A stretch of DNA of 64,000 nt from an uncultured Acidobacteriota bacterium (GTDB lineage Bacteria; Acidobacteriota; Polarisedimenticolia; J045), in contig CAVPCQ010000012.1 of the NCBI GenBank assembly GCA_963702425.1, positions 64,001-128,000 on the forward strand. The letters run 5' to 3'. Below, in pieces: positions 39,908-51,588 of the stretch (its first letter is position 1; every line of letters starts with the position of its first letter). The notes under the pieces were generated by a model that saw nothing but the letters and a program-made list of their open reading frames with translations, had not been told where the DNA came from and made no database searches. The position numbers and the translations under genes are program-made.

Positions 39908-41371
39908 TACTACTGTGTCATGAGTTTGACGGCGCGGAGCCGCCTGTGCGAGCATCCGCCCATGAGCCGAGCCGCGTCGTCGCCGGAGGGGCGCTTTTCG
40001 GAGTTCGTGTCCCAGTTGAGCGCCGTGCTCGGCCACGCGGACCGGCATGAGCCGCTGCGCGGGTACCTGATGGGTCTGCTCTTGCCGGGCGACCGCAAGA
40101 GCGTGGAGCCGATGGCGGCGCGTCTCGATCCGCGCCGGGCCGCCGCGCGGCACCAGTCGCTGCACCATTTCGTCGCGAACGCGCCTTGGGACGCCGAGGA
40201 TCTGATCCGCGTCGCGCGCGATTACGCGTTGAGGCAGCTCGAACGTCACGCCCCGGTCGGGGCCTGGATCATCGATGACACGGGCATGCCGAAGAAGGGG
40301 CAGCACTCGGTCGGAGTGGGGCGGCAGTACTGTGGACAACTCGGCAAGCAGGACAACTGCCAAGTGGCGGTTGCGATCTCGGCAGCCCACCCGTCGATGA
40401 GCGTGCCGTGCGCCTACCGGCTCTATCTGCCGGAGAGTTGGACCGAGGATCCGGCGCGTCGTGCGATGGCCGGGGTGCCGAAGACCGTGCGGTTTCAGAC
40501 GAAGTGGTCCTTGGCGATCAGCCTGCTCGACGGCGTGCTGGCCGACGACCTGCCGCGCGCGCCGGTGGTCGCCGATGCCGGCTACGGCTCGACGACGGCG
40601 TTCCGCGATGCGGTGACGGCGCGCGGCCTCTCGTATGCCGTGGGCGTGACGGAGGACACTTCCGTCTGGCCTCCCGGCCAAGCGCCGCTTCCGCCGCTCC
40701 CGCGCCCGACCGGTCGTGGGCGGCCACCGCGTCGGGTGCGACGCACGACGGAGCATCAGCCCGTCGCACTGCACGCGCTCGCGCACTCCTTGCCGCCGAA
40801 GGCTTGGCATTCCGTCCGCTGGCGCGAGGGGACGCGCGGCACGATGAACTCGCGTTTCGCCGCACTGCGAGTTCGTCCGGCGCACCGCGACGAGAAGCGC
40901 ACCGAACCACGGGCCGTCGAATGGCTGCTCATCGAGTGGCCCACGGACGCGAAGGAGCCGACGAAGTACTGGCTGTCGACGGTTCCTGCAGACGTCGAAC
41001 TCGAAGAACTCGTGCGCCTCGCGAAGCTCCGCTGGCGCGTCGAGCGCGACTTCCAGGAACTCAAGGACGAACTGGGACTCGATCACTACGAAGGACGAAG
41101 TTGGCGCGGCTTCCACCACCACGGCGCCTCATGCATCGCGGCCTACGCCTTCCTGGCCGCCGAGCGTGCTCGGCTTTCCCCCCCAGAAGCTGTTGCCTTC
41201 CTCCGCGCCGCTCCGCTTCCCAAGGGCTTCAAGCCGCGGGGCTCCCCCGGTGCGGCCTGAGCGGCACAACCCGAACTCGATCACGACCATGCGCCGCGTG
41301 GCGGTCCACGCGCTGCTCGCCCGGCTCCCCTGCTGCCCCAACTGTCACGTTACACTTATGACACAGTAGTA
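39908..41371 (+). mobile_element. IS701-family insertion sequence, 1464 bp
   Basis: 18-bp TIRs TACTACTGTGTCAT(G/A)AGT at 39908-39925 and 41354-41371 (1 mismatch); CTAG duplication at 39904-39907 and 41372-41375. Confidence 0.93.
39962..41260 (+). CDS. IS701-family transposase
   Basis: RKSVEPMA, IIDDTGMPKKG.HSVGV.RQYCGQLGKQDNCQ, ADAGYG, RWRVERDFQELKDELGLDHYEGRSWRGFHHH. Confidence 0.93.
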   Translation: MSRAASSPEGRFSEFVSQLSAVLGHADRHEPLRGYLMGLLLPGDRKSVEPMAARLDPRRAAARHQSLHHFVANAPWDAEDLIRVARDYALRQLERHAPVGAWIIDDTGMPKKGQHSVGVGRQYCGQLGKQDNCQVAVAISAAHPSMSVPCAYRLYLPESWTEDPARRAMAGVPKTVRFQTKWSLAISLLDGVLADDLPRAPVVADAGYGSTTAFRDAVTARGLSYAVGVTEDTSVWPPGQAPLPPLPRPTGRGRPPRRVRRTTEHQPVALHALAHSLPPKAWHSVRWREGTRGTMNSRFAALRVRPAHRDEKRTEPRAVEWLLIEWPTDAKEPTKYWLSTVPADVELEELVRLAKLRWRVERDFQELKDELGLDHYEGRSWRGFHHHGASCIAAYAFLAAERARLSPPEAVAFLRAAPLPKGFKPRGSPGAA

Positions 41372-41375
41372 CTAG

Positions 41376-42245
41376 CAGGTTGCCGAGAAACCCGGTGTTT
41401 CTGCTGGCCTGATCCGTCGGTCTGCGTACCTTTTCGTTCCTGCTCGAGGGGAGCGAAGGGATGCGCGGATCCGATCGGCAACAAGGCGCGATGTCCAGCT
41501 AGTGCCCCGATTCCGTCTTGGATTGACAATCAAGGCGGCCGAAGCGCCCGCGGGGCACGGCGCGAGGACGCCGGCGTACTCCCGCCGTTCGCCAAGGACG
41601 AGCAACGCCGCCCTGCGGGATGCAGCGGCGGCCGACTGTCAAGCCAAGACGGATTCGGGACACTAGGTCTCCCCGGAGGAGCGGGTGCCGCAGGATCATC
41701 CGCTGCGGCGGATCCGGCAGGTGACGAACGAGGTGCTGCGGGAGCTGTCCCCGAAGTTGGAGCGGCTATACGCAGCGGTGGGCCGGCCCTCGGTCCCGCC
41801 GGAGAAGCTGCTGCGGGCGCTGCTGCTGCAGGTGCTTTACAGCATCCGGAGCAAGCGGCTGCTGATCGAGCAGTTGGACGACAACCTGCTGTTTCGCTCG
41901 TTTGTCGGGCTGACGATGGACGACCCGGCCTGGAGCCCGACGGCCTTCAGCAAGAACCGGGACCGGCTGCCGGAGGGGGAGATCGCGCGTCTGTTCTTCG
42001 AGGGCGTGGTGCGGTTGGCCCAGGGCTCAGAACTGATGTCGGACGAGCACTTCACGGCGGACGGGACGCTGATCGAGGCCTGGGCCGGGCAGAAGAGCTT
42101 CCGGCCCAAGGACCAGCCCGCGGTGCCCAGCGCCGACGACGACCCGGGCAACCCGACCGTGAACTTCCACGGCGAGAAGCGCTGCAATGCCGCGCATGCC
42201 TCGACGACGGATCCGGAGGCTCGGCTGTATCGGAAGTCGAAGAGG
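41376..42245 (+). pseudogene. IS5-family element (left end and 5' part of transposase), interrupted by a MITE and 3'-truncated
   Basis: CAGGTTGCCGAGAAA end after CTAG; MRGSDRQQGAMSS* (41461) resumes as VSPEERVPQDHPLR..GRPSVPPEKLLRALLLQ..DGTLIEAWA..STTDPEARLYRK. Confidence 0.85.
41503..41662. mobile_element. 160-bp MITE with 26-bp TIRs and CTAG target duplication
   Basis: Left TGCCCCGATTCCGTCTTGGATTGACA vs reverse complement of right end TGTCCCGAATCCGTCTTGGCTTGACA (3 mismatches); CTAG at 41499-41502 and 41663-41666. Confidence 0.9.
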
Positions 42246-42274
42246 AGGCCCTGCGCAGCCGGGCCCCCGCGCGC

Positions 42275-42570
42275 GCCTCCCAGGAACTCTGGGGCCTCGC
42301 GATCGCCGACAACCCCGCCCGCTCGTACGTGCAGCGCATCGCGCGCCGTCTGAACCTCGCCCCGGTCCGAGTCAGCCACCGGCACACCCTGATGTTGCTG
42401 CGCAGCTCCTCGCTCGCCGTCTGGGCCGCCAGCCCCGGCGTCGTCCCGCGGCGTCTCGAGCAGCTCGACGCCCAATCCGCGCGACTCGTCTTGCCACCTC
42501 GACGATGCACCCGATGCGTTCCGCGGACGATCAAGGTCAAGATGTCCAGCTACCGCCGGAAACCCTGGAA
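42275..42570 (+). mobile_element. IS4-family transposase C-terminal relic
   Basis: QELWGLAIADN..RVS..ASPGVVPRRL..VLPPRR..PRTIKVKMSSYRRK. Confidence 0.7.
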
Positions 42571-42649
42571 TGATGCCGGCTTCGGCCACACTAGCCGGCA
42601 TTGCGGCCAGCAGCGGCGGGGGTATCGTGTGGCTTCCTCGGGGGTTGAG

Positions 42650-43972
42650 ATGAGGCATTCCAGACCGGCCGGCATCCCCGCATTCCCCGAATCCCGCCTC
42701 ACCAGGGACATTCTCCAGCAGAAGGAGCGCCACGGCCTCAGGGTGCAGAACATCATCCGCATCGTCGTCATGCTCGTGTTTCTCCCCGCCTCCGCGCTGC
42801 TGGCGCAGTCGGCTTTCGAAAGGACCTTCACCTCGATCATCTTGGCGGTGTCGCTTGCGATCTCGGTGGCGCTTCTCATTTCGACCCGGGCCGGGCGGAA
42901 CCTGACGGCCATCGGTATCTCCGGCGCGCTGCTCGACGTCGTGATCCTGTCCTCCCTTCCCGTGATCTACTACCTCACGGTCGGGGGGGCGAAGGTCCCC
43001 GCCTCCTTCCTGCTCAAGAACCAGGCCATCCTCATCTCCATCCTGTTCATCGTTGCCAACGGCCAGGCTATGAAACCGGTCTATCCCGCCATCGTGACAG
43101 CGGGGGCAATGCTCCTGAACGCCGCGCTCTTCGCATACGCGCTCGCGTCCCCCGGGATCGAGTTCGCTCGGGACTACCTCGAGGCGTTCACCACGACGAA
43201 GCTCAGCGTGAACGACTTCGTCAGCAAGGAGCTCATCCTCTGCGGGATCGGCGCGGGCGTCGCCTTGATGAACCGAGGCGCACAGAAGACCGTTGTCGCG
43301 GCGGCGAACGTCGAGCGGGCGAGCAAGCAGCTCGGCCGCTTCTTCTCGCCGAATGTTGCCGAGACTATCGCCCGGGGCGACGACAATTTCATGAAGATCG
43401 GCGGTGCCGTCCAGGACGTGGCCGTGCTCTTCTCCGACATCCGTGATTTCACCGCCATGAGCGAGAAGCTCTCTCCCAGCGAGGTTCTGGCCTTCCTGTC
43501 CGAATACCACGAGCTCATGGTGGGGATCATGTTCAAACACGGCGGCACTCTTGATAAGTTCATCGGGGACGCCATCATGGCCACCTTCGGGACGCCCCGG
43601 ACCGGTGATGACGACGCACTCCGCGCGGTCCGCGCGGCGGTCGAGATGGAGGGTGCGCTCAAGCGATTCAACGAGGGGAGGGAGCGGACCGGACTTTCCC
43701 CGATCCGGCATGGCATCGGTATCCATTACGGTCCGGCGCTGGTTGGGAACATCGGAACCCGGGACCGCCTGGAGTACACCGTCCTGGGCGACACCGTGAA
43801 CGTCGCGAGCAGGATCGAGCGCGCGTGCAAGAGCATCGGGGCCAGTCTCCTTCTCTCCGAGGCGGCGATGAGGGCCGTGGGCGACTCGATCGGAATGGTC
43901 AAGGCGGGCGATATCAGCGTGAAGGGCAAGACCGGGGAGATCGCGGTGTACACGGTGAAACCCGGGGAGTGA
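42650..43972 (+). CDS. Membrane-bound class III adenylate/guanylate cyclase
   Basis: Several TM segments, then FSDIRDFT, DKFIGDA, GIGIHYG, EYTVLGDTVNVASRIE, VKGK. Confidence 0.92.
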   Translation: MRHSRPAGIPAFPESRLTRDILQQKERHGLRVQNIIRIVVMLVFLPASALLAQSAFERTFTSIILAVSLAISVALLISTRAGRNLTAIGISGALLDVVILSSLPVIYYLTVGGAKVPASFLLKNQAILISILFIVANGQAMKPVYPAIVTAGAMLLNAALFAYALASPGIEFARDYLEAFTTTKLSVNDFVSKELILCGIGAGVALMNRGAQKTVVAAANVERASKQLGRFFSPNVAETIARGDDNFMKIGGAVQDVAVLFSDIRDFTAMSEKLSPSEVLAFLSEYHELMVGIMFKHGGTLDKFIGDAIMATFGTPRTGDDDALRAVRAAVEMEGALKRFNEGRERTGLSPIRHGIGIHYGPALVGNIGTRDRLEYTVLGDTVNVASRIERACKSIGASLLLSEAAMRAVGDSIGMVKAGDISVKGKTGEIAVYTVKPGE

Positions 43973-44059
43973 GCCGCGTGCAGGGGGAAGGGAGTCCTCA
44001 GCGGTCCGCTGGAATTGCGTGCATCTGCCCCTGGCTCGCCGGTGCCGGTGATCCGGGCG

Positions 44060-44392
44060 AAACCCTTGGACGATTCGTCTTCCTTCAGTGACCCGCCCGG
44101 GGCGATGCTGCCGTCTCCGGGCTACTTCCTCATCAGTGCGGCCTCGGAGATGTCCTCCATGAACCCCCGCGCGCCGCACATGATGGCTATCGTGTCGGTG
44201 TGGCGCTTCAGGTACTCCCGTGCCCGGAAGAGCCTTCCCTCCAGGGAGGGCGTCGGCTGCCTCCCCTTCACTCCGGCCCCGAGTACCAGGAAGTGACGGC
44301 CCTCCGCCCGGGCTCGGAGGACGCTCCGCAGACGATGAAGAAGATCGCGGCGGTGAAGGAGCGCGGCCACGCGAGTGCCCGGATCATCAGGC
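44060..44392 (-). pseudogene. YdcF/DUF218 (ElyC/SanA-like) pseudogene
   Basis: LVLGAGVKG..PSLEGRL..A.EYL..GARG..EDISEA.LMRK then TAG where Y is expected; the N-terminal TM is in another frame. Confidence 0.6.
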
Positions 44393-44563
44393 GCGCTTTT
44401 CAGTGTCCGGCGGCGCGGGAGGAGTTTCCTCCCGGTGAGCTCAGAGTGCGCGATGATCGCGTAGAACGGTCGCCGCACGGAATGGGGGTCCTTCCCGCGG
44501 TTCGCTCTTTGGCGAGGAGCGCAGCGGCGGCGGCCTGGAGCGCCCCGTTCGGAACGCGTTCTC

Positions 44564-45838
44564 CTACCGCACCAGCAGCATCCCGATCACGACCGCCGCC
44601 GCGATCACCGCCGTTGCCAGCGCGATCTTGCGCTTGAGGGGCGCGGCCCCGAGCGCGATCACGTAGCCCCCCTTGACCAGCGTGTTGGAGAGGGCCCCGA
44701 TCGCGATCGCCAGCGCCGCCGTGCGCCCGTCGCCGCTCTCCCCGGCGTACCTCGTCATCGAGAGCGTGATCGCGTCGACGTCGGTCAGGCCGGCCAGCGC
44801 CGCCACGGCGTAGAAGCCCTTCCCCGGCGCGTAGAGCTCGACCAGCCGGACCACCAGCAGCACGGCTGCGAAAAAGAGTGCGAACTTGACCGCCTCGGTC
44901 AGGCTGAAGGGGTTCTTCAGGGCCAGCTCCTGGGGGTGCGCCTGCCCCTCGGCGGCACTCTGCCGCCAGGCCAGCGCGATCATCGCCAGCGTCGCCACCG
45001 CGGCGGCGATGAAGGGCGGGAGGACCGTGACGACGAACGACGCATCGACGATCGCGACCAGGGCCACGACCCGGAGCGCCATCACGAACCAGGCGATCAG
45101 GATTCCCAGCGACAGTGTCGAGGCCTGGTGCGGCTCGTCGCGGCTCTGCTTGGCGAAGGTCAGCGTTACGGCGGTCGACGACACGAGGCCGCCCGCCAGC
45201 GCCGTGATCGCAGTGCCGCGCTCGGAGCCCAGCCACCGCACCGCGACGTAGCCGACCAGCGAAATCGAGGAGATCAGCACGACCAGCAGCCAGAGCTTGT
45301 ACGGGTTGATCGCGCCCCACGGGTCGATCGCCCGGTCCGGGAGCAGCGGCAGCACGATGAAGGACGCGACCAGCAGCTTCACTCCGGCGTAGATGTCGTC
45401 GGTCCCGATCTTCGCCACCAGCCGGTGCAGCGGCTCCTTGAAGGCCAGCACGGCGGAGGTGGCGATGCCGAGCGCCACCGCGACCTCGGGATGGCCGATC
45501 AGGCAGACTCCGCCCAGCAGGCAGACGACGACCGCCGCGACTTCCGTCGTCATGCCGTAGAAACGCGGGTTGCGCAGCCCCTGGATGACGTAGCCGGCGA
45601 TCACCCCGGCCGCGACCGCGAACAGCGCCGCGATCAGGATCCAGGGCGAGCCGAGGACCTGCGTCAGCCAGCCGCCGACCGCACCGGTCATCGCGATCAG
45701 GATGAAGGTCCGCAGCCCGCCGACCCCGATGTCCCCCTCGATCTCCTTCTTCTTCTCGCGCTCGAGCCCGACCAACGCGCCGATCGCCAGGGCGATCGCG
45801 AAGTTGCGGATGACGAGCAGGTCGAGCAGGTCGCCCAC
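44564..45838 (-). CDS. MgtC/SapB family + DUF4010 membrane protein
   Basis: ALAIGALVGLERE, GGLRTF, GMTTE, GGLVSSTAVT, LKNPF, AGLTDVDA, SNTLVK. Confidence 0.9.
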   Translation of the reverse strand: MGDLLDLLVIRNFAIALAIGALVGLEREKKKEIEGDIGVGGLRTFILIAMTGAVGGWLTQVLGSPWILIAALFAVAAGVIAGYVIQGLRNPRFYGMTTEVAAVVVCLLGGVCLIGHPEVAVALGIATSAVLAFKEPLHRLVAKIGTDDIYAGVKLLVASFIVLPLLPDRAIDPWGAINPYKLWLLVVLISSISLVGYVAVRWLGSERGTAITALAGGLVSSTAVTLTFAKQSRDEPHQASTLSLGILIAWFVMALRVVALVAIVDASFVVTVLPPFIAAAVATLAMIALAWRQSAAEGQAHPQELALKNPFSLTEAVKFALFFAAVLLVVRLVELYAPGKGFYAVAALAGLTDVDAITLSMTRYAGESGDGRTAALAIAIGALSNTLVKGGYVIALGAAPLKRKIALATAVIAAAVVIGMLLVR

Positions 45839-45890
45839 GGCTCGTGGCTCCTTCCCGCGCCAGCTCTGGGAGCGGGTTCCCTGGACGATT

Positions 45891-48878
45891 CTAGTCCCTT
45901 GCCCGCGGCCGAGTTCCGGCCGAGCCCCAGGGAATCAGCCGCAGGTCCCGCACCGCCACCGCGTAGAGCGCGGGCACGATCGCGAAGGTGACCAGCGTCG
46001 CCAGCGTCAGCCCGCCCATCTGTGCGTAGCAGAGCGGCTGCCAGAGCGGGCCGCCGCGGCGCGCCAGCGGCAGCAGCGCGATCACGGTCGCCGCGACCGT
46101 GACGACCACCGGCCGGGCCCGCGACCGGACGGCCTCGACCAGCGCCGGCACGAGCGCCTGCCCCTCGGCCTCCAACGCCTCGACCCGATCGAACAGCACG
46201 ATGACGTGGCTGACGATCACGCCGATCAGGCTCGCCAGGCCGAGGAAGGCCATGAAACCGAACGGCGCGCCGGCGACGCGCAAGGCGACGAGCGCGCCGG
46301 CGACACCGAACGGGATCGTGGCGAAGACGAGCAGCGGCTTGCGCGCGCTCCGGAACTGGACCGCCAGCGCGAGCGCGATCAGCAGCACCGAGAGGGCCAA
46401 CGCCCAACCCAGCTGCCGGAAGCCGCGCGCCTGCTCTTCGGCCTCGCCGCCGAAGTCGAGCCGGTAGCCGTCCGGGAGCGACCGTTCCAGCGCATCGAGC
46501 GCCGGCCGCGCCGCGGCCAGCGTCTCCGACGGGAAGAGCCCCGGCGAGGGGAACGCCGCAACGGTGACGACCGGCCGGCCGTCGCGCCGCGCGCGCGGGA
46601 GCCCGGCCTCGGGCGCGGCCGCCGGAGCGCCCGCGGAGCCGGTGTCGGCCGCCGATCCCGCGGGGGCCACGACCCTCAGGACGAGTTCCCGGCTCTCCGC
46701 GCCCTCGCCGATCGTGCCCACGGCCAGCTCGACCGGCCCGCGCCCGCGATCCGGTCCGTCGAGAATGCCCCAGTCGTCGCGCACCCCCACCGCCGCACCC
46801 GACTCCGCAAGCGCCGCGGCCGCCCGCGCGCCGAGGGCCCGGAGCGTCACGGGGTCGGGGCCCGCGATCCGTACCTGCACCGGCGGACCGACCGGCTTGC
46901 CGATCTCCAGCTCGCGCAGGTCGATGAACGCGCCGGGGGCCGAGGGGAGCGCGCGCCGCGCCGGCACGACGCTGCGGTCGACGGCCTCGGGATCCTCCGC
47001 CTCGACCACGACCTGTGCGCGCCCCGGCCGCGGCAGGTCCCGGAACATCGAGAACCAGAAGCGCGGCGCGGCGCGGCCGAGGAAGCTCAGCGTCGCGACC
47101 GCGTCCCCCCGCACCGCCGCCTCCGAGGCGTCCGCCAGCCCGCGTGCGGCGGCTCCGTCCGGCGCGACGACGTCGACGTAGAAGTGGCGGCTCGGGTCGC
47201 GCGGGAAGAACTGCGACCGCAGCCCCCCCAGCGCCCACGCGCAGGAGGCGACGAGCAGGAGCACCGCCGTCGCGAGCACGGCCCAGCGCCGCTCGACGAT
47301 CGCCTCCACGGCGTCGCCGAGCCGGCTCGAGATGCGGCTCGGCTGCAGCCGCCGGCGGCCGCCCGCGCCGAGATGGCTGGCAAAGAGCGGCACGAAGCTC
47401 ATCGAGACGAATCGTGAGGCGACCAGCGACGCGGTGACGACGATCGGGATCGACCAGATGAAGCGCCCGAGGAGGCCGCGCACGACGAGCAGCGGCAGAT
47501 AGGCGACGACGTTGGTCAGCGTGGCGTAGAGGATCGCGCGCGACAGGTCGACCGGCCCGCGCCAGGCCGCCTCGCGGGCGGGTTCGCCGCGTTCCACACG
47601 GCGCTGCGCGGCATCGACCGCCACGACGGGGTCGTCCACCAGCAGGCCGAGCGCCAGGATCAGGCTGCCGATCGAAACCTGCTGCAGGTCGACGCCGACC
47701 AGCCGCATCACGATGAACGTCAGCGCGAGCGTCACCGGGATCGCCAGCGCCAGCACCGCCGCGCTCCGCCAGCCCCGGAACCCGATCAGCGCGACCGCCA
47801 CCACCAGGGCCACCGCTTCCAGCAGGCTGGACGAGAAGAGCGCGAGCGCCCCGCGCACCTCGCGCGCCTCGTCGGTCACGGCGCGGACGGTCACGCCGGC
47901 CGGCAGCCCGGCGGCGGAGGTGGTCAGCACGGCTTCGACGGCCTGGCGGAACGGCCCCGCCCCGACCGACGGGTCGCGATAGACGGCCAGCGTCGCGGCC
48001 GGCGTGCGCACCCACGCGCCGCTCGCCGGGTCGCGGCGGCCGAGCAGCTGGCGCGGTCCGCCGCCGGCGTCGACGCGCAGGTCGGCGATGTCGCGCACCA
48101 GGAGCGGCGCGCCGAACGGCCCGAGCCCGATCGGCGCATTCAGGAGTTCCTCGGCATCGCGGAACGGCAGCGGGGACGGCTCGGCGCGGTAGTCCACGAC
48201 GCCGCCGGGCGCGGCCAGTCCGCGCTCGACGAGCAGGTCGCGGATCGCGGGCTCCGGGAGGCCCAGAGCGATGCGGCGCTCCGGGTCGATCTCCAGCAGC
48301 AGCCGCTCGCCCCGGGCACCGCTGCGCTCGACCCGGGCCACCCCGGGGGCCTTCGCCAGCGCTTCCGCGAGCTGCCGCGCGGCCGCGTCGATGGCACGCT
48401 CTCCCTCCGGGCCCGCATTCCCCGCGACCGCGAGCAGCAGCGCGGCGGCCTCCCCGGCGTCGAGCGCGACGAAGAGCGGGCCCGCGCCGGGCGGCAGCCC
48501 CTCGGTCCGCGCCACGCGCTCCCGGATCCTCGCCAGGCTCCGGAGCGGCGGCCCCCCGTTCTCGTCCAGCTCGGCCTCCAGGACGACCAGCCCCGGCCGG
48601 ATGGCGCTCCGGACCACGGAGACCTCCGGGTCGGCTCCCAGCACGGCTTCCAGGGGCGCGGCGACTTCCGTCTCGACCTCCTCCACCGGGTGTCCGGGCC
48701 ACGGGGCGACCAGGATCGCGATGCCGGCCTTGATCGCCGGGTTCTTCCGGCGCGGCATGTCGAGAAAGGCCCACGTCCCGGCGACCAGGCTGAGCGCGAA
48801 CAGGCCCCACGCAAGGCCCCGCCGCTCCACGAAAAACCGCGGCAGGCGGGCACCGGGAGCCAGAGGGAGGCGGGACAT
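45891..48878 (-). CDS. RND efflux permease (AcrB/AcrD/AcrF family)
   Basis: EEVETEV..PLE, AIPV, GLLVDDPVV, YATLT, GRF, FFP, RARPVVVT, LWQPL, MGGL. Confidence 0.88.
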   Translation of the reverse strand: MSRLPLAPGARLPRFFVERRGLAWGLFALSLVAGTWAFLDMPRRKNPAIKAGIAILVAPWPGHPVEEVETEVAAPLEAVLGADPEVSVVRSAIRPGLVVLEAELDENGGPPLRSLARIRERVARTEGLPPGAGPLFVALDAGEAAALLLAVAGNAGPEGERAIDAAARQLAEALAKAPGVARVERSGARGERLLLEIDPERRIALGLPEPAIRDLLVERGLAAPGGVVDYRAEPSPLPFRDAEELLNAPIGLGPFGAPLLVRDIADLRVDAGGGPRQLLGRRDPASGAWVRTPAATLAVYRDPSVGAGPFRQAVEAVLTTSAAGLPAGVTVRAVTDEAREVRGALALFSSSLLEAVALVVAVALIGFRGWRSAAVLALAIPVTLALTFIVMRLVGVDLQQVSIGSLILALGLLVDDPVVAVDAAQRRVERGEPAREAAWRGPVDLSRAILYATLTNVVAYLPLLVVRGLLGRFIWSIPIVVTASLVASRFVSMSFVPLFASHLGAGGRRRLQPSRISSRLGDAVEAIVERRWAVLATAVLLLVASCAWALGGLRSQFFPRDPSRHFYVDVVAPDGAAARGLADASEAAVRGDAVATLSFLGRAAPRFWFSMFRDLPRPGRAQVVVEAEDPEAVDRSVVPARRALPSAPGAFIDLRELEIGKPVGPPVQVRIAGPDPVTLRALGARAAAALAESGAAVGVRDDWGILDGPDRGRGPVELAVGTIGEGAESRELVLRVVAPAGSAADTGSAGAPAAAPEAGLPRARRDGRPVVTVAAFPSPGLFPSETLAAARPALDALERSLPDGYRLDFGGEAEEQARGFRQLGWALALSVLLIALALAVQFRSARKPLLVFATIPFGVAGALVALRVAGAPFGFMAFLGLASLIGVIVSHVIVLFDRVEALEAEGQALVPALVEAVRSRARPVVVTVAATVIALLPLARRGGPLWQPLCYAQMGGLTLATLVTFAIVPALYAVAVRDLRLIPWGSAGTRPRARD

Positions 48879-49025
48879 CGGTACCAGCATACGGAAGAGC
48901 GGCGGCAAGCCGAACCGGGCTTACGGTTTAGGGTCGCGTCCTCCGTATCGACACCGCCGCCTCGCTTTGCTATAAGGCGAGGTCCCTCGCAGAAAACCGC
49001 TGTGTACGCCTTCCCGCAGGAGAGG

Positions 49026-51524
<2,499 letters not shown>

Positions 51525-51538
51525 CGGGACGTGCGGCA

Positions 51539-51562
51539 GGGGCCGGCCTCCGGGCCGGCCCC
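51539..51562. terminator. GC hairpin between convergent hppA and ompA-like genes
   Basis: GGGGCCGGCC-TCCG-GGCCGGCCCC, perfect 10-bp stem; no clear U tract. Confidence 0.6.
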
Positions 51563-51588
51563 GCAGCGCCCGAAAACGCGGGCGACAG

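Noticed and set aside
41837-44179. 780-aa minus-strand ORF; also long ORFs 48921-51794 and 58704-61907 (minus) and 45697-48810 (alternate frame)
   Set aside because: Antisense or alternate-frame shadows of well-supported genes
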